A stretch of DNA of 64,000 nt, from assembly GCA_964252035.1 (NCBI GenBank), contig OZ176204.1, one strand, 5' to 3'. The notes under the pieces are model-generated. The model was not told the DNA's origin. It did no database searches and saw only the letters and a program-made list of their open reading frames with translations. Below, one piece after another: positions 31,749 through 43,047 of this stretch (position 1 is its first letter; each line of letters begins with the position of its first letter). The translations under genes were made by a program, and so were the position numbers. Source of the stretch: Podarcis erhardii (taxonomy: Eukaryota).

Positions 31749-34700
31749 ATGTACAAATGGCTCTCCCAGGCGCTGCGCTCCTGGCTGCTCCCTTCTCCCT
31801 CTTATCGCCGCGACGCGGAGCCTTCGCTCCCTCGGCCGCGGAAAAGGCGCCACCCCAGGTCAGAGGGGGCTTTAGTTGGAGCCAGGGCCCCGAGGGGAGG
31901 GTCTGCTTAGCCTCAGGGTGGGCCGGTTGTGGCAGCCGCTGGACATGCCTTCCAGCTTGCCTCTTGCGCTCCCCTTCCCTGCGTGGCCCTCTTCGTTCTC
32001 AGAGGCTTAGGGAGCTGAATGAAAGAGCCTCAAAGGTCTCATGCCTCGAGCCAGGCCGTCTCTCCGAGTTGGCAATAATGCCGGACTGTGTGTTCAGCGG
32101 GGCTTTGGTTGCAAGCGCTTCGCACGTTGAAAGCACGCCCCCTTCCCCCTCCCCCCGCCCCTAAAAAAAATAATCCCTGGAACTTTACCCCACGGAGCTA
32201 CAATTGCTAGTACTTTTAACAGATCACAATTCCCACTATTTATGGGGAGGAGAAAAGGTGCATTAAATGTATGCTGTGTACACAGTGGTGTGTGTGATTT
32301 GATCTATTGGCCATGCAGGCTTGTTAGAATCTGCATGTTAATGTATTAAGGTAAAGATGCCAGAGGAGAGGTGCAGATATTTCTGGTTGAATAGTTTTCC
32401 TTACTAGTCTGGAAGCTAGATGAATAGCTGCAACTCCCGAAAATCTATCTTCAGCTTTAGCAAAAATTTACTTCTACGGTTTGTTTGTTTGTTTGTTTGT
32501 TTGTTTTTACAAACTTTCAAAATTGTGCTGCATACACATCCTTGCTAATAATGCTTAAGACACCAAGCTGTATTTAAAAGACAGACATTGGTTCTAGTCT
32601 GTTAACCATTGTTAACCTTCCCTTTTTTTGCGGGAAATTCCCTTATTCCAGCGCCGTTTCTCACTTCTACCCCGGATTGTTAGATATCCTGTAGACTGTC
32701 CCCGGGACAGGTGAGGCTGCTGGTCCCTTATTTTCAAATCTGAAAGTTGACAGCTATGGTTCTAGGTAGACTTCAGTATGCTTTTATTGCTGTTAGGAAT
32801 GTGGATGTGGTTACTTGCTGTGGCTTTACTAAAGCATATCTTCGTTGTTTGTAAGAATAATAATGGCAGGCTTCCTTCTTGCAGAAGGAAAATAGGAACC
32901 AAAGTTAAAAAGGAAACAAGTTACAACTTTCCCAATTATAGTCCATGAGCAGACATGAAGCTTCAGATTTTTCATAGTTAGTTTCTGATTCAAGCATGAG
33001 ATGAAGCAAGTGCCCTCCAAAGTGGTCCATGCAGAACCATTCTGCTTTCTGAAGTGCCAGAGTGAATCTGAACCAAATCTTGTTTTCAGTGCACAGCCCT
33101 ACTCAGTGCTTTTGCCACAGGATACTAGCAAAATGGCACAGAAATGTTGCAGATAAAGCATCATCCTATTTATTGATGTATAGTGCTGTCAAAGGGGGGT
33201 GGAATTTAGCTTGCAGATATGTGATCAACTATTTGATGGTCAAAAACAAAGTGACATCTGCAGCAGCTGAAAACATGGGTCTCTTGGCAACAAGTAACGT
33301 AGCTTTGCATTGAATGCCTCATTTCTTAAAAAGATTTACCTATTTCTTCTACAGTACTTGGTGGCATGCTGAAGACCCCGATGAGAAGCAAGCAAAAAGG
33401 CAGAAGCTTGGTATATCACTTCCCATATTTTAAGCACTTTGGCTTTGGGTGTACTGACTCTTTGTCTTGTTTTTGACAACTCCCTGTCATTACTGCAATA
33501 TAATTAGGTAGATCTTAAAATATTTTTCTTTCCCTGCCCTCCCACAGAGATTTCACAGCTGTCTCAAATGGCCATAACTCATTCTTTACTGCAAGTGAAA
33601 AAACCAACATTGTGCAAACATGGAAAGTCAGTGCTATTAAGACTTGGTCAGGGCATGACACAAATTTATTCAGATATTGTTTATAAATCAATAAATGCAA
33701 GGGCATTTTTGTATTGCCATACCTATCCAGCAGAGACATAGAAGAGGGGCTTTAGTTGGAAAATTGCCAGAGCACTAAATAACAGTACAGAAAGAGTAAG
33801 GTCCCAGTTCAGAAACCTCATATTGGAGGGGCTAACCAGGAATGTGTCTCTGTTCAGACCAAGAAAGGAGAGCCACCAAATTAGGCAAAATCTCTCTTTC
33901 TCTGGATAAGAGCAGAGGGACACCCTGCAAATTGGACTTGCAAATCTTGGAGCCCCAGGGAAGTCAGCCCAGTTCTGAAACCATGTAAAGGTCTACTGAA
34001 CCTAAACGTGAAGGACTTTGTCACAGTAAGTAGCATCAGCCGGTGCCTACATTCAATTTTGTAGTGCATTTTGTTTCACTTAGTTTGCTTCATCCATCAA
34101 ATTGGGTTTCATTCACCTGGTTTGCTGCTCTATGAGGGAATAATTTCAGAAAGCTGCTGTGCCACTAGAATTTATAACAGAATTTATTCATTTATTTGAT
34201 TTATATAGCACCCTTTATCCAAAGATCCCAGGGTGGTGATTAACATTAAGAACATAATTTATGGAGCATAATAATTAAAAGGTAATAGGCAACATAATGA
34301 TAAAATAATCATAATAACAGCCCTACCCCTGTTTAACAGGCCATAGATTATTTAATGGCCAGCCAGAGGATTTTATTCGCCTGGTGCCTAAAGACATGTA
34401 ATGATGGCGCCAGGCGAGCCTCTCTGGGGAGAACATTCCACAGACAAGAAGCTACCACAGAAAAGGCATGTAGAATGGTAGCAATCCGTTTAGCTACTCC
34501 TTATTCTGACATTTGATAACCCAAACCAGTATTACCATTGACCAATGAGCCAGAATAGCCTTGGGAACCCTGACTGACATCTGCTTATAGGAAACAAAAA
34601 GTGTCCCAGACCATGAAGTCTTGGTTTTATTAGTATACATTTTTAAGAATCTTGTATCTAACTTATTCCTTTTTTGCTCCATTTCATCTTCTGGATAGAA

Positions 34701-37700
34701 CAAAAGGATGACAAGATTACTTGTTTCCATAAATATACATATTGCCATGTTTCAGTTACAGATAGGTAGCCGTGTTGGTCTGCCATAGTCAAAAAAAAAA
34801 AAAATAATTCCTTCCAGTAGCACCTTAAAGACCAACTAAGTTAGTTCTTGGTATGAGCTTTCGTGTGCATGCACACTTCTTCAGATACACTGAAACAGAC
34901 CCTTCTATATAGTGAGAAGGTGGGGAGGGGTATTACTCAGAAGGGTGGTGAGATTGGGTGATTGGCAGATAGCTGTGATGAGCCTGTTGACGACTCTTAA
35001 CGACTGCAATAGGTCTTACAGGAAAAAGCAAGGGGTGAGAAGGTGAAAAATGGCTTTGTCATGTATAATGAGATAAGAATCCAATGTCTTTGTTCAGACC
35101 AGGTCTCTCCATGGTTTTAAGTTTGGTAGCTATCTGCCAATCACCCAATCCCACCACCCTTCTGAGTAATACCCCTCCCCACCTTCTCACTATATAGAAG
35201 GGTCTGGTGACTTCTGTTTCAGTGTATCTGAAGAAGTGTGCATGCACACGAAAGCTCATACCAAGAACTAACTTAGTTGGTCTTTAAGGTGCTACTGGAA
35301 GGAATTTTTTTATTTTGTTTTGAATATTGCCATGTGTGAATGTATTCTGTGGTACCTCTTGGGCCTTCAGTCTACTAGCCTTTAGCATTAGTCCATAAGG
35401 TGTTTTCACCTTATGACTACGATGCTACTTTGTACTACATGAGATTCATGAGAGGCCTCCCTTTTGTCTGTTTAATTTTCCTAGGTATTTTTGAAACACT
35501 GCATCAGGGGATTGCCTCTCTAATTAAACTACCTTCCTATCTGACAACTAAGTATTTTCAGACTGGAGATTGGCATGCAGAAACTACAGACGAGGTTTGT
35601 ATGCATTCTGGGAAGAGACTTACAGATTTGATATGCACATTCAAACCAAATTAGATCCATTGAACTACTACCCTGTTTCTCTGGAGTGGCAACACTATTG
35701 AATTCACTTGAGTGGAAAGGATTCTTAGGGATAGGCTTTCCTCTGGCACTGTACATCACAAGCTTATTTCCCTGCACAATTTTCTTCTCATCACCCCAGT
35801 TCCTTCAAATAAGAAATGTTGTTGTTGTTTAGTCGTTTAGTCGTGTCCGACTCTTCGTGACCCCATGGACCAGAGCACGCCAGGCACTTCTGTCTTCCAC
35901 TGCCTCCCACAGTTTGGTCAAACTCATGCTGGTAGCTTCAAGAAAACTATCCAACCATCTCATCCTCTGTCGTCCCCTTCTCCTTGTGCCCTCCATCTTT
36001 CCCAACATCAGGGGCTTTTCCAGGGAGTCTTCTCTTCTCATGAGGTGGCCAAAGTATTGGAGTCTCAGCTTCAGGATCTGTCCTTCCAGTGAGCACTCAC
36101 GGCTGGTTTCCTTCAGAATGGATAGGTTTGATCTTCTCGCAGTCCATGGTACTCTCGAGAGTCTCCTCCAGCACCATAATTCAAAAGCATAAATTCTTCG
36201 GCGATCAGCCTTCTTTATGGTCCAGCTTTCACTTCCATACATCACTACTGGGAAAACCATAGCTTTTACTATACGGACCTTTGTTGGCAACAAATAAGAA
36301 ATAGACCTTGGCTAAGAGAGAACTCTTCTTGCAGGCCCTTAAGATGAGAGTGTAGGGCTGTATGAATGGAAGGCCATGAGAAATGCCCATGCACTGCTGG
36401 ACTGCTTGGCTTTTCTTAGGTAAAACTTGCTAGTTGCCCTTTTGGAGAATTGTTGGCCAAAGGGGTTTGTGGCAAAAAGAGTCTCATTAATTGCCCAGCT
36501 TAAGAGAAATTAATTGTGGGGTCAGAGGTTGTGTCTTTTATTATGTTGAATTGGTTCTTCTGCTGAATGAAAAGCAGGGGTGAAAGTGATCTCTGGGGAT
36601 CTGACACCTTACCATTCAATTATTAACTCAACATCTTATATCACAAAACAAAACCCCCAATTCTGCACACTCTAGGCTCTTAACGTTATGGCATAGATGA
36701 ATATAAATGTTGCTAATACATCTCCAAGTGTATTGTTGCACAGTAAGTGCCTGTTACTGTTTTATTCTTTCTTAAGGTATCTAATCTGAGATCAGTGTGT
36801 TCATAGCTCCGGTTGTGAAAACAGAGAACTATGAATGAATCATATCAAGTGACACACAGGGTTAAGCATTTTGTTACAAATGTATTAAAAGCACACCTCT
36901 TATTCTGCCAGCCCATTAAGGATAAGTTGCAGCTTTACACACCTGAGCCTGATGCTATTTTTCTCAAGTTACATGAGTGAAATTATTGGAGCTTGTGCAT
37001 GCATGATTGTGCCCTGGTCACTGATGGCTTAAAATGGCAGAAAGAATGTGGGGATTGAGAGACTAGAAGGCAGTAATTAATGTAGTTTGTTTGTTCCAAT
37101 CCAAAGTATTGGAAGAGGAGCAGTCTAGGGAACTGTGGGTTTTGTACATTTGACATGTCTGGAAAAATACTTACAAAAACAAATATGCTTTCTTCAAGAT
37201 TATTTCAAATGGATCTGGTAATTCAGATGATAAGAAGATGGAACCTTTCTCTGGGATGCAGAAGCTTGAATTGGGTAAGTGATGTGTAATGCCGCTACAT
37301 TTCATGTATGATTGCTTTATCAAACTCTTTCAAAATACTCAAAGCATTGAAGAGTGCACTCTGTCTTTGTCTTTCGTTGTTCTCTCATGTAGTGGTTATA
37401 TTCCCTTCATATACAGTGAGGTGGGAAAGTATTTGATCCCTGGCTAAATTTGCCTGTTTGCCCTTTGACAAAGAAATGACCAGTCCATAATTTTAATGGT
37501 AGGTTTATTGTAGCTGTGAGAGACAGAATAACAACAGGAAAAACCCCAGAAGACAAAAGTCAGAGATTTGCATTATAATAATTATAATGATGTGCATTAT
37601 AATGAGTGAAATAAGTATTTCATCCCCTATCAACCAGGCTACCTGGTAGCCTCACTGTATGTTACGAGCTGAGATTAGAAACACCTGCTGTAAGGGAGAG

Positions 37701-40700
37701 GTCTTACCTGTAATCCCAGCTTGTTACAGTACAAAAGACACCTGTTGACAGAAGCAATCAATCCAGCAGATTCCAAGGGGATCAAATACTTTATTCCCTC
37801 ACTGTATGGTATTTATAACTATTTTTTCACTTGTTAAGAAGTGCTGAGACATTATTGTATGGCATGGAATAACCTTCAATGATACTAGCTTAGGTTGGTC
37901 TGCCTTGGTTGTTGTCTTTCAGCCTGTGTGTGCATGTACAGTTTGTTCTTCTTTGTCCTATTATGTTTCTGTTCTTTTCCTTGTGGGTTTGGTTACCTGT
38001 AAGTCAGGCAACCTTTTGGGGGCCACCTGCCAGTGGTTAGCAGGGCTAGAGCAAAAGTTGGGCAGATGTGACAGTTACATTTGTAAAATTGGCTACATTC
38101 CAGCAACATCAAAGTCAGAGGTTTTTATACAGAGGCACACACAATAATGTCTCCATCCCCCATTCAGGCAAGCAAGAGGCATTATCACAGTGCTCAAGGA
38201 CACATTTTAGCTAGGCAAAAGGAGAATGCAAAGCAGGGCTTGAGAGGGTTGTAGTCTTGGAAGGGTCTTGAGGGCCGGATAGAGAGGCCTGGAGAGTTGT
38301 ATTTGTCTTCTGGGCCAGAGGTTCCCCACTCCTGCTGTAAGCAGATCTGCTTATGTTGAAGGGCTTGAGCATGTTGGAGCTTTCCTTGCAAGTCATTTGC
38401 TGGCAAGGAGGACTCACACCTGTTGTCTCATATAATGGATGCCAGCCCTTCCTTGCTACTGGATTAGCTTGCAAGGAGGACAGCTTTTGCCTGCCCTCAA
38501 CAACACCCACTTTCGTATGATTAGACACGCTTATGTGCGGGCATAACAGCTTGTACTGTTGTACTGTTTTAGTGTTGTTAGCCGCCCTGAGCCTGGCTTC
38601 GGCTGGGGAGGGCGGGATATAAATAAAATTTATTATTATTATTATTATTGTCTCTAAAACAGCAGGCTGGAGCCTTCAGATTATTCTACCTGAATGAGTA
38701 GGTACTTTTAGGAGCAACCTTAAAGGGCTATAGTGTTCTCCTCCTATCTACCAAAGGAAGTTTGGTAATCCTCTGGGATCAGCACAGCAATTGTCTATAG
38801 AATTATTTGTGGTAAATTCTCCTCCTCTTTTTTTGTAGATACAAAAACTGGTTGCAGTACCAGTATGCATCCAAATGAAGAGATGGTAACTGATTGTCAC
38901 AGAGTTAAAACCTGTCTGAGGTAAATCTTCTGTTCTTTCAATCTGTTTGGATATGCACTAATTATTATGCACTACTTGGAATTATGCAAACCTGTAAGTT
39001 TTTGTAGCATTCTTAATTCTGTAATGCTTTCTTTCATCCTCCCAGGCATGAATGTAATGTCAAAAAGAGTAGCAAGAAAAGCCATAATTCGGTTCAAGAG
39101 TGCTTGCCAGCATGGAAAATTGCTACCCACAAGCATTTCTTAGAAACCTCCCCTCCAGAGACTGGAAGACATCTAAGGAAACTTCACTGTACGGTGGAAG
39201 AGGCAAGTCCATTGACATATATAGTACTTGTAATGTACAGCAAGCTTGTAATGTACAGAATTGCCTTGCAATAGAGAAATGGCTACAAGATATTTAAATG
39301 TGGTGTGTATTTCAGTAAGGCTGGTTAGATGGTATGTTTTTATCCTTTACATTTTATTGCATCTTTTTTCTTAGATCAGGGCTAGACTGATTTCAGTTTG
39401 TGTAGTTGAATTTCCCCCTAGAACTCTCATGGACACCTAATATGTGTTAATTTTTTCTTGTGAGAGAGTCTTGCCAAGGGTAAAGGTACCCGACCGTTAG
39501 GTCCAGTCATGGACGACTCTGGGGTTGCGCGCTCATCTTGCTCTATAGGCCGAGGGAGCCGGCGTTTGTCCACAGACAGCTCCCAGGTCATGTGGCCAGC
39601 ATGACTAAGCCACTTCTGGTGAACCAGAGGAGTGCATGGAAACGCTGTTTACCTTCCCACCAGAGCAGTACCTATTTATCTACTTGCACTTGACATGCTT
39701 TCGAACTGCTAGGTGGGCAGGAGCTGGGACCGAACAACAGGAGCTCACCCCGTTGTGGGGATTTAAACTGCCGAACTTCTGATCGGCAAGCCCTAGGCTC
39801 TGTGGTTTAGACCACAATGCCACCCGCATCCCTCTTGCCAAGAGTACAAACTCACTATCTTTTCAAACACTCAGGTTTGCCTTAATTGTTAAGTGATTCA
39901 GAGTATGCATTCTTGCTTAAGACCTGGATTCAGCTCAAGCTCTACCTTACCATTATTTGCAATAATCTGAGCAGGCACTAGGTCGCCCACCAGAATTTGG
40001 TTGGTGGGCCATTATGTAGCTTCCCCCCACCCCCCCACCTCCCATTACACTTCTGTTTTTAATAAAATATTAACTGTCCTTTCTGTTCCTCAAAAATAAC
40101 CAATGTTCTTCAACTTGATTTCAGTTGCATATCAGCTACTAATATTGTCTCTGAAACAATAAGAAGCCTCAGTTTGAACCAGTGAAGTAGAGAGATGATA
40201 ATTTGGGGTGGCAGATCTGGTAATCTGCCATCTGTGATCTAGTTTCCTGTTACATAGGACACTGCCTTATCAGAATATTAGTCCATTTAGCTCAGTATTT
40301 TCTATAAACTGACTGGCAGCAGCTCTCCAGTGTTTCAGAAAGGGAGCTTTTCACAGCCTTTCCTATAGATGTTTAGCATTGAACCTGAAACCTTCTGTAT
40401 GCCAACCAGATGCTCTGTCACTGAGCTATGGCCCCATGTTCTTATATAACCATCCTATATGAACTGGGACAGATCAATTGGTCTTGGTCCACTTGATCAG
40501 TTGGATGGATCAGTAGCTTGGTCTATGCATGTTTGCTCAGAAATAGAGCTTACTATTTTTCTCCAGGGGAATTTACTCCCAAATAAGATAAGATAAGATT
40601 TCTGTATCTGAGTTCTCTTTATGTGGATTGCTATTGCTTCGAATCTGTCTTTCAGAGTGATTATAGGTGGCTGGCCTGAGAACTTGCATATTGAGGCACA

Positions 40701-43002
40701 CTGCTGGAGTATTCTTATTACTATTATTATATTGATTTATACCCCACATTTTTCCCAGTCCAGGAAATGATAAAATAGAAAAAGCTTTAAAACATAGAAA
40801 AGATGAACCATTAAAATGTAATTAAATAATATTTAAAAGATCCATTAAAACCACAGCCAACAACAATATATTTAATATATTTTGTATTTTATGTTGCAAA
40901 CCACCCTGTGATCTTCAGATGAATTGCGGTATGCAAAATTAATAAATAATAATAAAAGAATATCATTGTAACATATAGGAGTATGTTTAGAATAATGCAG
41001 GTATGAATGTCATCACCCTTTTAATGATAAATAACTTCATTATTTGTCTCCTCCTCCCAGGGAGTACAGAGAGAGGAGCGAGAAAAATACAAACAGCTGC
41101 TGGAACAAGAAAAAGAAAAATGCTATAAAAACCACTCCTCTCCCACAAGAGCAAAGTGCTTGGAGTAAGTCCCTAATAAAAACATTTTAATAAAGTCATA
41201 GAATGAAATAATGAAGTATTTTCTTTTGAGTAGGCTTATGTGTTTCTTGGTGAAGGTTAACATGCATTGAGGAAGACAAAACAGTTAATTTCAGCTTATT
41301 GGCATTCTGGATTTGAAATATCTCCTTAATTCATGCACTTGGGCAACAATAGTATCTTTAATATCAAGGAACTAATAGGTGTTAGCATCAGTGAGTAGTT
41401 GTGGTTGTGCAGAGCTACACGCTGAGAGGAAGATGCAGTTGGCAATCTGGTCACTCTCAGGTGTAGCAGGAAGCCACTTCTTCAGCTATCTTCCTAGTAA
41501 GGGGCATTCGCATTTTCTCCACACAAAAAATCTCAGATAACCTAGCTAATATGTTATCCTCCTTTCAGATCCTTTTGGGTTTACCTAACTCTGAATGATA
41601 CCTTGTTTTCAGTATCAGTATGTATGTGTGTTCAGTATTCAGTATCTGTTCAATGCCATGTTGAAATTTGAGGATTCTTTTCCTTAGCTGAAAATATAAT
41701 TTATCTCTGTTCTTGTGAATATGCTAAACCAAGTGTCCAGCGTGAAGTCCATCAGCCGCTAAAATCTCATTGCTGTGTAGAAATCGATGACCCTTCATTT
41801 GACACACCAAGAAATGGTAGGTACTATACAAGCACTATACAGGTATATAATTAAGTATATAATTAAATCAAACTCTAACCTCTAGTTCATACACTTTCAG
41901 TTCTACCAGTTTTTCTTACTGCTATATTTCCTCCTTGTGTTGCACACTAACTTGAAAGGCCTGGGAAAATCACCAGTCTTTTAGACTTTGGTAGATGCAT
42001 TCCAGTATATTCAACTAACCTAATTTGCCATCTTAATCATTCAAAGTGATTAATACTTCAGTTAAATTATGGTATTCTTCTTGTTCGTATGCTTTTTCCT
42101 GCAGCTAAAAAATAATAATGACACAGCTTTCTCTGATAATTATCTGCATTCATGATGTTATAGGAACTCCTTCTAAAGCTGCTTTTCCTGTAAGAAGACA
42201 TATTTAAGAGATGCAATGTCTCTGAAAGTTACAGTGAATTTCTGGCTAATATTTTGAAAATGGCAGAACTTAATTGTTAATTTGAAGAAGCACACAGGCA
42301 GGGTGGTAGCTTATACACACTCCAGGGGTGGAGAACCTCAGTCGCTCAGGTCAAACCTGGCCTGCCAAGCCATTTTCCCTCAGCTGGCTATGTCTCCTGA
42401 TGGGCAGGTGGACAGGGTTCCTGCTGATGAGCAAATATTAAGCTAGGGATAAGAGAGTGAAAAGGGAAGTTGTGAGTTTCCCAAAGGCTTTCCACAGCTT
42501 TTGCTAGTATCCCTCCCCCTTCCACTGAGACTGCAGCAAGATCAGGCTTAAAAGGGAAGGAAGGAGACTTCTTCCTCTGCTTCCCTTTTATGCCTTTGTT
42601 CTCCTGTAATCCCAAAGGCTTCACACAACAGCAGAAGGTGCTGGCTTCTTTCGCTTAAGTCACTGGCGGGATGAGGGTAGGGACAGACAAAGCTTTCTAT
42701 CTCTCCATCAAAAGAGAAAACGAGCTTTTCTCCACCTCACTGGTGTCAGAAGAGAGAAGGAAGCCAGTTTCCTTCCCAAGCGCTTCCTGCTACTATAGCA
42801 ATGGCCAGAAAGAAGTTCTCAAAAGCAGCAGGTGCTTGGAATGTTAGGAAAACATTCTTCAAGAAACAGATAAAAGTTCCTTTAAAAAAAGGTTTCTGGA
42901 ATTTCCTTTAGTGTGTGGGAGTGGCAGTCTTGGCTTGATTGGTGTCAGCTGGAGGTGCAATTAAAGGGAGGAAGTAGCAGGCTGCAAGTTTAGCGTGGAG
43001 AA

Positions 43003-43047
<45 letters not shown>

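Larger units (their letters stand above)
34751..35323 (-). mobile_element. Penelope-like retroelement, 5'-truncated with inverted pseudo-LTR
   Basis: 12-bp TSD ATATTGCCATGT (34739-34750 and 35324-35335); inverted arms 34806-34974 and 35128-35306; spacer encodes [21 protein letters not shown] on minus, resembling a PLE GIY-YIG C-terminus. Confidence 0.88.

Noticed and set aside
33881-34069. Minus-strand peptide LHGFRTG resembling lipase VHGFRPTG (possible LIPH remnant)
   Set aside because: Short match antisense to SENP2 exon 3, with no flanking lipase similarity or suitable splice sites.
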